Part shown: positions 8,778-19,091 of the stretch, piece after piece | Layout: each line of letters starts with the position of its first letter | Position numbering within the stretch: position 1 is the stretch's first letter | Source of the DNA: an uncultured virus (IMG/VR IMGVR_UViG_3300033066_001236) | Lineage: Duplodnaviria; Heunggongvirae; Uroviricota; Caudoviricetes | Strand: one strand, 5' to 3' | IMG/VR virus record: IMGVR_UViG_3300033066_001236 | DNA length: 56,886 nt | Position numbers and translations under genes: made by a program | Notes under the pieces: generated by a model | The model's input: the letters and a program-made list of their open reading frames with translations, nothing else | Database searches by the model: none | What the model was told of the DNA's origin: nothing

Positions 8778-8981
8778 GTGAATCAAGTTAACTTGGTAAG
8801 CATACGTACTTCTGATCCTCATCTCCCCGGAACCTTCTATTTAACCAAGGATGGAAACTGGAGCCCCGACAAGAACAAGGCCCAGAGAATTCCTGACCAG
8901 CAAATTCCAACCATAATGCGACAACTCAAAGGCTTTTCGAAGAGAGTCCGAATCGTGGTAGAAGACCTTCAATCCAAATAA
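8778..8981 (+). CDS. Hypothetical protein
   Basis: GTG start after AAGG; ends 3 nt before the RNA ligase. Confidence 0.55.
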   Translation: MNQVNLVSIRTSDPHLPGTFYLTKDGNWSPDKNKAQRIPDQQIPTIMRQLKGFSKRVRIVVEDLQSK

Positions 8982-8984
8982 TCC

Positions 8985-10121
8985 ATGAGCACCTTATACG
9001 AAAGTCTACTGGACCTGGTTCAAAGTAACCCAGCGTTCTACTATCAGGATTACGGCAACTACCGGGTATTCAACTACCGGCTAGCTCGATATTCTGATTT
9101 TTTAGCACCGAATGCCCTTGAGGCCCGAGGGATTACTTTTTACATTCCAAACCTGGAAACCTCCACTGATCCAAACGATGCGGTCTTAGTCTCTCGCCCA
9201 TTCAAGAAGTTCTTTAATCTGGGGGAAAATCCCTTCACCATAGGGCTGGACACTCGGCAAGAAAATTGCATCGGGGTGTGGGAGAAGGAAGACGGCTCAA
9301 TGATCTCTTCCTATATCGATGTACCCACTGGCCAACTCAGACTAAAGTCTAAGCAGAACCTATATTCTGTCCAGAGCAACTTGGCGAACGAAATCATCAA
9401 TCGTTCTGAGAACATAGGCTTAAGACACGCGGTTTACAGTCTTGCGCTTTTCGGCCTCACCATAATCTTTGAATTGGTATCGCCAGCCAATCGGATTGTG
9501 CTAGAGTACCCTAAAACAGAACTTCGACTATTAGGTGCCCGAAGCAACTCCACCGGGGTAACCTATAGTCCGGAGGAAGTAGTCAAGCTCGATAGTAGAT
9601 TGGCATACTACAGCCCCCTACGCCCCCCTTTTATTAGCCCAGACTTGGTTCCAAAGATGACAGGCATAGAAGGGTACGTATACACGTTTCTAAGAGACGG
9701 TGAGCCTGTAATGACCAAGGTGAAAACTGACTGGTACATATCACTACACCATCTGAAAGATTCTGTTAACACACCGCGTAGACTCTACGAGGCTATCATC
9801 TTCGAAACTATCGACGATGTGAAGAACATGTTTGCTACGGATCCTTACAGTATCTCTAGAATTGAACATATGGAGTCAAAAGTTATACCCCTGTATAACG
9901 ACATGATTTCAAAGGTAGAAACCTATCATCGACTGAACAAGGATCTATCTCGAAAAGATTACGCTATCAAAGGACAAGCCGAACTTGGACCACTTTTTAG
10001 CCTAGGTATGAACGCCTACCTTGGTAAGCCTGCTGGATACCAAGAATTTGCCATCAAACACATGTCCGACTACTTCGGAATTTCTGCATCTGACGACCCT
10101 TACTCTACAGAGGATTCTTGA
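8985..10121 (+). CDS. RNA ligase 1 (T4 Rnl1-like)
   Basis: ARGITF, SRPFKKFFNLGE, motif I KEDGSMI, FELVSPANRIV, EGYV, KVKTDWY. Confidence 0.92.
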   Translation: MSTLYESLLDLVQSNPAFYYQDYGNYRVFNYRLARYSDFLAPNALEARGITFYIPNLETSTDPNDAVLVSRPFKKFFNLGENPFTIGLDTRQENCIGVWEKEDGSMISSYIDVPTGQLRLKSKQNLYSVQSNLANEIINRSENIGLRHAVYSLALFGLTIIFELVSPANRIVLEYPKTELRLLGARSNSTGVTYSPEEVVKLDSRLAYYSPLRPPFISPDLVPKMTGIEGYVYTFLRDGEPVMTKVKTDWYISLHHLKDSVNTPRRLYEAIIFETIDDVKNMFATDPYSISRIEHMESKVIPLYNDMISKVETYHRLNKDLSRKDYAIKGQAELGPLFSLGMNAYLGKPAGYQEFAIKHMSDYFGISASDDPYSTEDS

Positions 10122-10122
10122 A

Positions 10123-10503
10123 ATGATAGTCAACACTCCTGAAGCCGAACGCGGCTACAACGATATGATGGAAGGAGAGGAAGCTGTTCAGCGAATTCTC
10201 CGCGACCCCAACATCACCTACAAGGACAAGTTGTTCATCTTCATGAACACCAAGGGGTTGTACTACAAGTTTGCGGAGGACGTCCCCGCGTTCCCCAAGT
10301 TCACGGCCAAATATGGTCCGATAAACTGGGGGTCTGACTGGGGATACGCTAAGGATTCCACCGTTGACCTTGCCAGCATTTGCAAGTGGCTTGTATTAAG
10401 AGATCCTGTTCACCCCAAGTCTTGGACGTTGGAGATGAAGAAGGACTTTGTTAAAGAATGCGTAGAACAGGGAGTACACGAGTTTGAATTCTCAGACACT
10501 TGA
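10123..10503 (+). CDS. Hypothetical protein
   Basis: ATG directly after the ligase stop; overlaps the next gene. Confidence 0.6.
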   Translation: MIVNTPEAERGYNDMMEGEEAVQRILRDPNITYKDKLFIFMNTKGLYYKFAEDVPAFPKFTAKYGPINWGSDWGYAKDSTVDLASICKWLVLRDPVHPKSWTLEMKKDFVKECVEQGVHEFEFSDT

Positions 10504-10939
10504 AACTCAAGGGGGACTGGAGTCCTCCCCCAAGGTACTATTGCTTGTTCGAGGTCTACCTGGGTCAGGGAAATCGAGCCTTGCAAAGTATTTTGCGGAG
10601 GAGACTTTACGGAAAACGTTTACTTGCTCCGCCGACGACTTTTTCACCAACCCCTTCACCAAAGAATACAAGTTCATCCCTAGCAAAATAGGGGAGGCTC
10701 ACGAAGCCTGCCAAGTTGCAACTCGCTTTGCTCTCTCCCATGAGGGAGACGTCCTGGTTGTTGTTCACAACACATCAACTACAGAGAACGAAGTAGAGAC
10801 CTATAAGACTATAGCTGAGGAAGCGGGTGCGGCCTTTGTCAGTATCGTTGTGGAGAACCGGCATGGGAATCCCTCTATCCACGGCGTGCCTGAGGAAACG
10901 CTGGGTCGAATGAAGGCACGCTTTTCGATAAAACTATGA
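10484..10939 (+). CDS. P-loop polynucleotide kinase-like protein (AAA_33 type)
   Basis: VRGLPGSGKS, SADDFF, HNT, HGVPEETLGRM. Confidence 0.85.
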   Translation: MNSQTLETQGGLESSPKVLLLVRGLPGSGKSSLAKYFAEETLRKTFTCSADDFFTNPFTKEYKFIPSKIGEAHEACQVATRFALSHEGDVLVVVHNTSTTENEVETYKTIAEEAGAAFVSIVVENRHGNPSIHGVPEETLGRMKARFSIKL

Positions 10940-11442
10940 AGTACGCCGTAATATTTGACATTGACGGAACATTGGCGGATTCCCGTCACCGTCTTCACTA
11001 TCTCAACCCTCCAACTGGAGTCAAAAAAAACTGGACCAAGTTCTTTACAGAGTCCAGTGAAGATGAGGTTTTCCCTCTAATTCTTAAATGCGTAGAGATT
11101 GTTCACTCAACGGGCATAGAGCCACTAATGGTTACCGCTAGACCAGACTCAGAACGAGAGCGAACTGTCGCCTGGTTGACTCGCCACTCTATACCCTTTA
11201 TGGGTCTTTACATGAGAGGCTCTACCGACCGAAGGGTAGATCATCTCGTAAAACAAGATCTACTTGCAAAGATACAACTCGACGGCTACGCCCCGCTTGC
11301 GGCGTTTGACGATAAGACCAATGTTTTGGATATGTGGCTCTCTAACGGCCTAAGAGCATACAAATGTACTGACGGAGTATTAGAACCGTATGACCGACCA
11401 ATTGACCCTACCTCCGGGGATTTCGGACTTGGAGGGGACTGA
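10936..11442 (+). CDS. HAD phosphatase (Pnkp 3'-phosphatase-like)
   Basis: FDIDGTLA, VTAR, LYMR...D...K and FDD; ATGA overlap with the kinase. Confidence 0.88.
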   Translation: MKYAVIFDIDGTLADSRHRLHYLNPPTGVKKNWTKFFTESSEDEVFPLILKCVEIVHSTGIEPLMVTARPDSERERTVAWLTRHSIPFMGLYMRGSTDRRVDHLVKQDLLAKIQLDGYAPLAAFDDKTNVLDMWLSNGLRAYKCTDGVLEPYDRPIDPTSGDFGLGGD

Positions 11443-12028
11443 ACCCGTTGTTACCGGCAAGCCGGACTGGTGGACTATAAATCTAATCGGAATCGCCGCA
11501 GTAGCTGAGCGAGGCGTTATTGGAGCGAGAGGGAAGATTCCGTGGCACTACCCAGAAGACATGGCCCACTTCAAAGAGCATACTTCTGGTCCAGGTAAAG
11601 CGGTTATAATGGGGCGGCTAACTTGGGATTCTCTGCCTGTGAATAAAGCAACTGGAGAAAAGCTGCCGGGCCGAAAAAAGATCGTCTTGACTCGGTCGGA
11701 GTCCCAGCTTTCTTCAGTGATTAAAGACACCTGGTTTACAAATAGCGTAGACTTCAATACGTGGCGGTCGGTACTCGCCGACGCTAACGTGAAGGACCTA
11801 TATGTAATCGGAGGGGGGAGGGTGTACGATCGCTTTATCCGACACATGAACCGCCTGATTCTTACCCATATCCCACTGAATATAGTTGGCGATACCTTCT
11901 TCCCGCCGTTAAAACCTGGGCATTGGGTAATAGATAAAGAGTACCTCATCAGCCCCGTTCTTCAGGTTAAAGAGATAGTTCCAAAGTACACTGACTCCGA
12001 CGATGATGACCTCGATTTGACTTTCTGA
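11390..12028 (+). CDS. folA: Dihydrofolate reductase
   Basis: IAAV...GVIG..GKIPW...EDMAHFK, VIMGRLTWDSL, LPGRKKIVLT, VIGGG, GDTFFP. Confidence 0.95.
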   Translation: MTDQLTLPPGISDLEGTEPVVTGKPDWWTINLIGIAAVAERGVIGARGKIPWHYPEDMAHFKEHTSGPGKAVIMGRLTWDSLPVNKATGEKLPGRKKIVLTRSESQLSSVIKDTWFTNSVDFNTWRSVLADANVKDLYVIGGGRVYDRFIRHMNRLILTHIPLNIVGDTFFPPLKPGHWVIDKEYLISPVLQVKEIVPKYTDSDDDDLDLTF

Positions 12029-12146
12029 GTATGTGGCAAATTCTGAGGTAAAATACTAATCCTGCTCACGATTAATTCATTAGCCAATTATCAAAATTGC
12101 CAATGAATTAAAGGGAAACGAAATATCACAACAAAATAAGGGACAC

Positions 12147-15100
12147 ATGCTAGTAGACAATTCTCAATCAGTATTTCAAGATAGTTTTTCAGAAGAGGTG
12201 TGGACTTCTACCTACAAAGACCACAAAGACAATAACGTGACTGATATGTTCCGTCGGGTAGCTAATCACATGGCTTCGGCGGAAGAGACGGAAGAGAAGA
12301 AAGCCGAGTGGGCAGAGAAGTTTTACGACTTGCTGTCAAATTTCCGAGGAGTGGCGGGTGGCCGAATAAGTGCCAACGCTGGTACTGAATGGGGTGGTAC
12401 CACCCTGGCTAACTGCTACGTCGGGCCTCTGCCCGACTATGATCTGGATTCCATCTCGGGAATCTACTCTGTCCTTGTAGACCAAGCCAACACTTTGAAA
12501 TCAGAGGGTGGCTGGGGCATGGACTTTAGCTGGATTCGCCCCCGGGGCTCCTTCATCAAGGGAGTCGGAGTCGAGTCCCCTGGGTCCGTTAGGTTCATGG
12601 AGTTATTCGACAAAAGCTCCGAGATTGTGACCGCAGGGTCTGGCCGTAAGACAACCAAGAAAAAGGCTAAGGGCAAGATTCGTAAGGGTGCTATGATGGC
12701 CACTCTTGCGGTATGGCACCCCGACATTGTCGAGTTCATTACCGCCAAGCAAACAGCCGGCCGTCTGTCCAAGTTCAATATGTCGGTCAATTGTACCGAC
12801 GTGTTCATGGAGAGAGTCCTAAAAATCGATGAGCTGAAAAGAAAGCTAGTAGATTCGGACGACCTGATCTCTATTCAAAAAAACTGGGCCCTTCAGACAG
12901 AGATTGACGCTCTTGAGACTTGGGACCTTATGTTCCCTGATACTACCCATGCTAGCTACAAGAGCCTGTGGAAGGGTAATATCGAAGACTGGCTTTCCAG
13001 AGGCCTGCCTGTAAACGTATACGAGACTACAACGGTCTCTCGTTTATGGAACCTGATCATGGAGTCGACGTATAACCGTAACGAGCCGGGAGTACTATTC
13101 CTTGACCGCGCTAACAAGTTTTTGCCGTTCTCATACGGGGAAAGTATTCTAAGTACTAATCCTTGCTTTACTGGAGATACGGAAACGTTGACCCGTCAGG
13201 GTTATCGTAGACTGGACTCTCTAGTAGGGCAAAAGGTTGAGATTTGGAATGGCTTTGAGTGGTCGGAAGTTACCCCGAAGGTTACGGCCGTTAATCAACG
13301 GATTCTAGATCTCGAATTTTCAAATGGAGCTACTCTAGCCTGTACTCCGTACCATACGTTCCATCTCCAAGACGGAGTTAAAGTTCAGGCCAAAGATCTG
13401 GTTGTAGGGAACACCATCGCAGCCCATAGTTTTCCAGTTATCAACTCTGGAACGGAAGACCCTCAAGCTTACACCAAAGGGTTTTACTCGGGAGATGGAA
13501 GCGTCAATCATTCCCAAATCTGGCTATATGGGGACAAGACAAACTTGATAGACAACTTGGATGTCAAGACGGTGTCTGACCAAACGGTTGGGGCTACTAA
13601 GCGACTACTAGTTTGTCTCAATTTGGGAGACTGGAATAAAGAGTATGTTCCCTCCGTTGAGACCTCGGTTAGTTCTAGACTTGACTGGTTGGCAGGCCTG
13701 TTTGACTCTGACGGTTCTGTCCTCAAAGACGGTTCTATACAAGTCTGGTCTATAAACAAGGGCTTTCTGATCAACGTTCAGAAGCTACTAAACAGTTTAG
13801 GAACAACTGGAAAAGTAGTACTTGGCAAGGCTGCTACCACTAAGTTAATGCCGGACGGTAACGGAGGAAAGAAAGAGTATTTCTGTCAAGACTCGTGGAG
13901 GTTACAGATCTCTGGTTTTAACGTGGTCAAGTTGAGAGAGATAGGTTTGCAAACACATAGACTTGACCTTTCGTATACTCCGAGTAGGGAAGCCACTCAT
14001 TATCCTAAAGTAACAAAAGTAAGCGAGCGAGCAACACTTGAAGCAAAAGTCTATTGTTTCACCGAACCGAAACAACACACTGGCATCTTTAATTCCATAT
14101 ATGCAGGCCAATGCGGTGAACAGACCCTGGCTCCCGGAGGAGTGTGCTGTCTAGGTACCTTGAACTTGACTCAGTTTATTACGGAAGACGGAACAAGTTT
14201 CGACTTGGACGCCCTGAGTAAGTACACGGGATATTTGGTCCGATTCTTAGACAACGTTAACACAATCTCTGCCACCCCGCTGCATGCATACACGGAGTCT
14301 ATGCGCCATAAGCGCAGAATCGGCTGCGGCGTTATGGGGTGGGGCTCGGCCCTTATCATGATGGGAGTCAGGTTTGGTTCGGAACGGGCCGGACAGCTTC
14401 GCGAGCAGGTGATGTCCACCTATGCTCGTGCTGCTTACATGGCCAGTATTGACCTAGCAGAAGAAAAAGGAAAGTTTACACATTGTGATCCAGCAAAACA
14501 CGCACAGGGGCTTTTTGTCCAAAGCCTGGGGCTTCCTAAAGAATACATGGAGAAGCTTGCTACTGTGGGTATTCGTAATAGCTCTCTCCTTTCTCAGCAG
14601 CCTAATGGTAACGGGTCTATACTTGCCAATATAGTTACTGGAGGGATGGAGCCCGTCTTCATGACGGAATACATCAGAACGGTGATCCAGGCAATTGTGC
14701 CAGACCACCTGAAAGAAGTAACCCCTAACTTCCACCAGGGAGAGTTTCATGAGACTAGCTTCTTCAAGCTGACCAAAGAAGGCGACGAAGACATCTTACG
14801 AGGGGTAGACGAACACGGAACCGTCTGGAAGATAGACCGCAATCGTGGCCTGACCAAAGAGGTGCTGTGTGAGGACTACGGAGTTCGCTACCGCAAGAAG
14901 AAGGGTATATGGGACCCTAAAGCTGATTACGTAGTAACAACAGAGGGGTTGACAGTTAAGGAGCACGTTGAAGACCTCCAAGGCTTTGCTCGTTGGACTG
15001 ACTCGGCATGTTCCAAGACATGCAACATTCCTAACGACTACCCGTACGAGGACTTCAAAACCTTGTATCTGGACGTCTATAAGACCGGCTACATCAAAGG

Positions 15101-15704
15101 ATTTACGACGTATCGTTCCGGGACAATGACTTCGGTTCTATCCGCTGTCAAAGAAACGGAACAAACCGAGCAGCACGAAGAAGAGATCATTCTGGAAGAG
15201 ATCAAGCTGCCGGACTCTCTCCCTGCAACCCTAAAGACCATCAAGTCAGAAGGGCGTAAGTGGTACCTGACAGTCATAATGAATGACACTCAGACACGTC
15301 CCGTTGCGCTGTTTGCCCAAACAAACGCCCACGAAAAGAGTGTTACAACTACTGACGCAGTGGAGCATCTGGAAGCCTTGGCGAGACAGAAGGGAATCCC
15401 CGCAAAGTACATAGAAGAAACTCTGCAAAAGACGGCTGGTGATAGCAACACTACCAAGATTTGCCGCATGATCTCTTTATGCTTACGCCACGGAGTTCTC
15501 ATTCGAAACGTAGTCAGTGCTTTGGAAAAGGTTGACTGTATTGCCGGGACGTTTGTGTTCCACATTAGGAAGTACTTGGCAACCATGATCAAGGACGGTG
15601 AAAAGGTAACAAACGAGACTTGTCAGGAATGCGGGTCTACAAACGTTGTTTACCGAGAAGGCTGTAAAGTCTGCGCCAACTGCGGTAGTAGCAAGTGTGG
15701 CTAA
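12147..15704 (+). CDS. nrdJ: Ribonucleotide reductase, class II (B12-dependent), containing an intein
   Basis: GGRI, ANC, EPGVLFLD, TNP|CGEQ after intein removal, RRIGCG, KGFTTYR and a C-terminal CxxC...CxxC zinc ribbon. No nrdB is adjacent. Confidence 0.9.
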   Translation: MLVDNSQSVFQDSFSEEVWTSTYKDHKDNNVTDMFRRVANHMASAEETEEKKAEWAEKFYDLLSNFRGVAGGRISANAGTEWGGTTLANCYVGPLPDYDLDSISGIYSVLVDQANTLKSEGGWGMDFSWIRPRGSFIKGVGVESPGSVRFMELFDKSSEIVTAGSGRKTTKKKAKGKIRKGAMMATLAVWHPDIVEFITAKQTAGRLSKFNMSVNCTDVFMERVLKIDELKRKLVDSDDLISIQKNWALQTEIDALETWDLMFPDTTHASYKSLWKGNIEDWLSRGLPVNVYETTTVSRLWNLIMESTYNRNEPGVLFLDRANKFLPFSYGESILSTNPCFTGDTETLTRQGYRRLDSLVGQKVEIWNGFEWSEVTPKVTAVNQRILDLEFSNGATLACTPYHTFHLQDGVKVQAKDLVVGNTIAAHSFPVINSGTEDPQAYTKGFYSGDGSVNHSQIWLYGDKTNLIDNLDVKTVSDQTVGATKRLLVCLNLGDWNKEYVPSVETSVSSRLDWLAGLFDSDGSVLKDGSIQVWSINKGFLINVQKLLNSLGTTGKVVLGKAATTKLMPDGNGGKKEYFCQDSWRLQISGFNVVKLREIGLQTHRLDLSYTPSREATHYPKVTKVSERATLEAKVYCFTEPKQHTGIFNSIYAGQCGEQTLAPGGVCCLGTLNLTQFITEDGTSFDLDALSKYTGYLVRFLDNVNTISATPLHAYTESMRHKRRIGCGVMGWGSALIMMGVRFGSERAGQLREQVMSTYARAAYMASIDLAEEKGKFTHCDPAKHAQGLFVQSLGLPKEYMEKLATVGIRNSSLLSQQPNGNGSILANIVTGGMEPVFMTEYIRTVIQAIVPDHLKEVTPNFHQGEFHETSFFKLTKEGDEDILRGVDEHGTVWKIDRNRGLTKEVLCEDYGVRYRKKKGIWDPKADYVVTTEGLTVKEHVEDLQGFARWTDSACSKTCNIPNDYPYEDFKTLYLDVYKTGYIKGFTTYRSGTMTSVLSAVKETEQTEQHEEEIILEEIKLPDSLPATLKTIKSEGRKWYLTVIMNDTQTRPVALFAQTNAHEKSVTTTDAVEHLEALARQKGIPAKYIEETLQKTAGDSNTTKICRMISLCLRHGVLIRNVVSALEKVDCIAGTFVFHIRKYLATMIKDGEKVTNETCQECGSTNVVYREGCKVCANCGSSKCG
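13164..14111 (+). mobile_element. Intein (316 aa) with LAGLIDADG endonuclease and C-terminal Gln
   Basis: Starts CFTGDT after TNP. Block B CTPYH, GFYSGDG and LAGLFDSDG motifs. Ends VYCFTEP...IYAGQ before the +1 Cys. Confidence 0.93.
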
Positions 15705-15706
15705 CA

Positions 15707-15730
15707 AGGGGCTCTTAGGAGCCCTTTTTT
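15707..15730 (+). terminator. Intrinsic terminator
   Basis: AGGGGCTC-TTAG-GAGCCC followed by a T-run. Confidence 0.8.
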
Positions 15731-15745
15731 ATCAAGGCGGAGACA

Positions 15746-16522
15746 ATGGTTACTACCCCTCACATTTTAGGGAATCAAACTATTTCTGTAATTTTCAACC
15801 GACAAGAATTTGATGTTTCCCCGGCGTCTTCGGGACGACTCGGGGCCCAAGGCTATAGCCCGTTTTCCATCCACGAGCATGCACGGGAACCTGTCAAAGA
15901 TTGGGTCTGGGATCCTTACTGTGGGTATTCCCCCTTTCGAATGATTAACACACCATCTCCTGTCGAGACCACAGGTCTCCCCCCTGCCCCCGCCGCGTAC
16001 AGCAACAGGCATAACTTCAAGGTATTGCAGAGGTTGTCTACAAGACTAAGAGGTATTATGGCTTGGGGAGTTCAGTTTAGCGGGAAGACGTACTCCTATA
16101 GGGTCGACGGAACTAGGGGGGTTTGGGGAGTTAATCAGAAAGACTGCGTCTGGATAGATACCTCTACTTTCCAAGTGATGGCGGTCCTAATTCCGAAATC
16201 AACTGATTCGGATAAGACCTCTAATAAAGTCAGGTATCTACTGCGTGGCCTGGACCTCTGCTGCTACAAGGGAGGGGGTTATAGTGAAATACTGGTGCAA
16301 TCAGCTGCCTGGACGGCTGAAAACCATATCCAACTTACCAGCCCGATCAAAATACCCTATAATACGGTAGTTCAGTTTCCCTCTGGGACAATGTTTACTT
16401 CCTACGAAAAACTTAGATCTGCAAGACAGATTCGGCGAAGCCTAGAAACCCTTCAACTAAGAATGGCAGAGAGGGTGAGGGGTAGACAGGCAGGACGAGT
16501 TAGAAATGGACTCCTTATATGA
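15746..16522 (+). CDS. Hypothetical protein
   Basis: 258-aa ORF with a GGAG RBS. Confidence 0.65.
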   Translation: MVTTPHILGNQTISVIFNRQEFDVSPASSGRLGAQGYSPFSIHEHAREPVKDWVWDPYCGYSPFRMINTPSPVETTGLPPAPAAYSNRHNFKVLQRLSTRLRGIMAWGVQFSGKTYSYRVDGTRGVWGVNQKDCVWIDTSTFQVMAVLIPKSTDSDKTSNKVRYLLRGLDLCCYKGGGYSEILVQSAAWTAENHIQLTSPIKIPYNTVVQFPSGTMFTSYEKLRSARQIRRSLETLQLRMAERVRGRQAGRVRNGLLI

Positions 16523-17139
16523 ATCTAAGACCAGATAGTAAAAAGGTAGAATCTGCGAGAACAAAGGGCTTCTTGCTAGTAGGGTCTACGTACTCCCTGT
16601 TGACCAGCTCAACTCCTTCAATACAACCCGATTTCTTGTCCCATCTAGGGCAGTGTCTCAAACTCGCCAAGGACTTGGCGGCGGACTTTGGCATAGAAGC
16701 TTTCATGCCTCAAAACTTTGAGCAAGCGTGGACTGGTTTTACTCCGCCGGGAATAGAGTTGGCTCAAGCTCAGCTAATAAAGAGCTCTACAACCATTTGG
16801 ATTACGGCCAAGGCCTATCCAGAAACAGTGGAGGAATATGGCATACAATATGACCTCTATCAATACCTAGCAACCCTGTACGCGTATCACCAATCAATCA
16901 TGGATACCATTATGACCACAACAGCCGCCGCCGATTCCCTGCAAGTAGGGGCTCGTTACAAACGACGCGATGGATCAATAGTCTTGATCACTTCTAAGCA
17001 CGACGGGCTATACCCTTACAAGGACGAGACGGGTAATTCGTACTTGGCAAGCGGCCGTTATCAACTGCCGACGTACGCTGATTCTCCGCTAGATATCATG
17101 GAAAGAGTAATCGATGACGAGACGACTAGTAACTCTTAG
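16519..17139 (+). CDS. Hypothetical protein
   Basis: 206-aa ORF coupled to both neighbours. Confidence 0.6.
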   Translation: MNLRPDSKKVESARTKGFLLVGSTYSLLTSSTPSIQPDFLSHLGQCLKLAKDLAADFGIEAFMPQNFEQAWTGFTPPGIELAQAQLIKSSTTIWITAKAYPETVEEYGIQYDLYQYLATLYAYHQSIMDTIMTTTAAADSLQVGARYKRRDGSIVLITSKHDGLYPYKDETGNSYLASGRYQLPTYADSPLDIMERVIDDETTSNS

Positions 17140-18244
17140 GACGGTATCCGCTCTGACGCCTATAGAAGGAGCGGATCGCATCGAGCTGGCTACTGTAGAC
17201 GGATGGCAGTGCGTAGTAAAGAAGGGGGAGTTCAAAGTAGGAGAACGGGGACTCTATTTCGAGATAGACTCGTTCTTACCCGCCTCCGACTCTCGGTTTG
17301 ACTTCTTAGCGAAAGAGAAAAAATGCTGGAAGAATAGAGAAGGCTATCGCCTTCAGACCCGGCGGTTCCAGAAACAGCTATCACAAGGTTTGCTGAGACC
17401 GCTGTCGGAATTTCCTGAAGTCAAACAGAGGTATTTTTCCGATACAGACTACGCGGATCTTCTGGGGGTGGTCAAATGGGAGCGGGACACCGAGACCGTC
17501 AAGGTGCCGAAGAAGAAGACTTGGCTAAGCAAGGTGGTATCCAAGTACAAGCACACCCGCCTGCGGCCTTTTCTTCTGTGGCTAGAAGTCCGATTTCCCT
17601 CCTGGTTTGCTAGAGAGGCGACGCGTCCATTCCCGAGGTTTGTCCCTAAGACGGACGAAGAGAGAGTACAGAACTGCCTTGCCCGCCTAGTAACCTACCG
17701 AGATCTAGGAATTAGGTTTCACAGAACGGTGAAACTCGACGGGTCTTCCATGACGGTCTACTATAATCGAGGCAAGGTAGGGGTCTGCTCCAGAAACCTA
17801 GATCTCAAAAAGGACAAGGACAATGCATTCTGGTCCGTAGTCTTAGGTAACAACCTAGACAAGGCCCTTAAGAAGCTTGGTCGAAACATAGCGCTCCAAG
17901 GGGAACTGATGGGGCCAGGAATTCAGAAGAACCGAGAGAAATTGTCAAAGCTAGAGTACTACCTGTTTAAAGCCTATGACATCGATAGTAACAACTATCT
18001 TTCACGGGACGAACGCTCGGCTCTTGTAGCCGATCTGCGACTTGCAGGAGCTACTCTGTATCAAGTACCCAGTCTGGGCGTAGACGACCTATCAAAGTTT
18101 CCGTCAATAGCGGAATTTCTAGCTTTTGCGGAAGGGGCCTCTCTTAATGCCGAGACCCGAGAGGGCGTAGTCTTTGAGTCAATGGATGGGGCGTTTAGCT
18201 TCAAAGTAATAAGTAACAGCTATCTTTTAGAAAAAGGGAATTAA
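17114..18244 (+). CDS. RNA ligase (DRB0094/Rnl2-related) with N-terminal OB-like domain
   Basis: PIEGADRIELATVDGWQCVVKKGEF, SQGLL, KTDEERVQN, motif I KLDGSS, QGELMGPGIQ, EGVV, FKVIS. Confidence 0.9.
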   Translation: MTRRLVTLRTVSALTPIEGADRIELATVDGWQCVVKKGEFKVGERGLYFEIDSFLPASDSRFDFLAKEKKCWKNREGYRLQTRRFQKQLSQGLLRPLSEFPEVKQRYFSDTDYADLLGVVKWERDTETVKVPKKKTWLSKVVSKYKHTRLRPFLLWLEVRFPSWFAREATRPFPRFVPKTDEERVQNCLARLVTYRDLGIRFHRTVKLDGSSMTVYYNRGKVGVCSRNLDLKKDKDNAFWSVVLGNNLDKALKKLGRNIALQGELMGPGIQKNREKLSKLEYYLFKAYDIDSNNYLSRDERSALVADLRLAGATLYQVPSLGVDDLSKFPSIAEFLAFAEGASLNAETREGVVFESMDGAFSFKVISNSYLLEKGN

Positions 18245-18248
18245 CAAC

Positions 18249-18524
18249 GTGACACTACCTATAACCGAAAAGTCTTTAGAAATGGCAGAAGTTAAACACC
18301 GGGAGGCTATAGCCGCCCACTCCCAGCTGATTGCCCATAGAGACAAATTTGTACAGATCGGTCCTATCCTGATTCGGCCCAGCTCCGTGATACGGGTTGA
18401 ACAAGGGATCTTGAAAGGGATAAAACTGATTACAAGTGATCCCCTTCGCCCAGGTGAGGTAGAGAAGGAGATTTTGGACGTAACACTTGAAACAGCAAAG
18501 GGGATACTAAATGGTCAGCCGTGA
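18249..18524 (+). CDS. Hypothetical protein
   Basis: Co-oriented ORF within the operon. Confidence 0.55.
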   Translation: MTLPITEKSLEMAEVKHREAIAAHSQLIAHRDKFVQIGPILIRPSSVIRVEQGILKGIKLITSDPLRPGEVEKEILDVTLETAKGILNGQP

Positions 18525-19032
18525 ATTTATGCGCTGGTTTGAAGGGTTTAGAGCTGGTGTGATCGCTAGCAATCCAAACCTATGGGGTATCATGAACGAG
18601 CTGGAAGAGCGCTTGATTAAGGAGAATGCACAAGAGCCCGAGCTCGCGGCTCCCCCTAAGAAAGTGGCCCAAAGCCAACAGGGTCTAGCCAAAGGCCTCT
18701 CCGGTGGGCAGTCCAGGTCGTTCGATGACATCTTCAGCTTGTCAAAAGCCAAGAAGACACCTTTTCCCAGAACCAGCGTAGTGACTCCCGACTTTCTCCA
18801 GCCTCCCCCGTTTAGGGACGGCGGCCTAGGAGAAGAGTTCACCAAGGCGGAAGACCTTGAGACTTTGCCCCCCGAGCTACAGAGTATGCTCAGAGCGTTT
18901 CTTGGCAAAGATCCCGACGAACCATGGGAGGACGAGGACCTCAACGGAGTAGTGATCGTAGGCAGCAAGAAGCCTTTTCCCGGAGGATCCGGAGGAGGTA
19001 ACCTTGGTGGACTAGGCGGTTCACTGCACTAA
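18511..19032 (+). CDS. Hypothetical protein
   Basis: 173-aa ORF followed by a terminator. Confidence 0.6.
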   Translation: MVSREFMRWFEGFRAGVIASNPNLWGIMNELEERLIKENAQEPELAAPPKKVAQSQQGLAKGLSGGQSRSFDDIFSLSKAKKTPFPRTSVVTPDFLQPPPFRDGGLGEEFTKAEDLETLPPELQSMLRAFLGKDPDEPWEDEDLNGVVIVGSKKPFPGGSGGGNLGGLGGSLH

Positions 19033-19036
19033 AATA

Positions 19037-19063
19037 AGAGCTCCGAACCCCGGGGCTTTTTTT
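19037..19063 (+). terminator. Intrinsic terminator
   Basis: AGAGCTCCG...CGGGGCTTT followed by a T-run. Confidence 0.7.
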
Positions 19064-19082
19064 AGATTCACCGTGCGCTAGT

Positions 19083-19091
19083 TGGTATAAG
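19083..19091 (+). promoter_or_regulatory. TGGTATAAG promoter-like motif
   Basis: Marks the start of the RNA island. Confidence 0.65.

Noticed and set aside
12147..15704. Class Ia RNR alpha subunit
   Set aside because: No beta-subunit gene is adjacent, and the C-terminal zinc-ribbon domain fits class II better.
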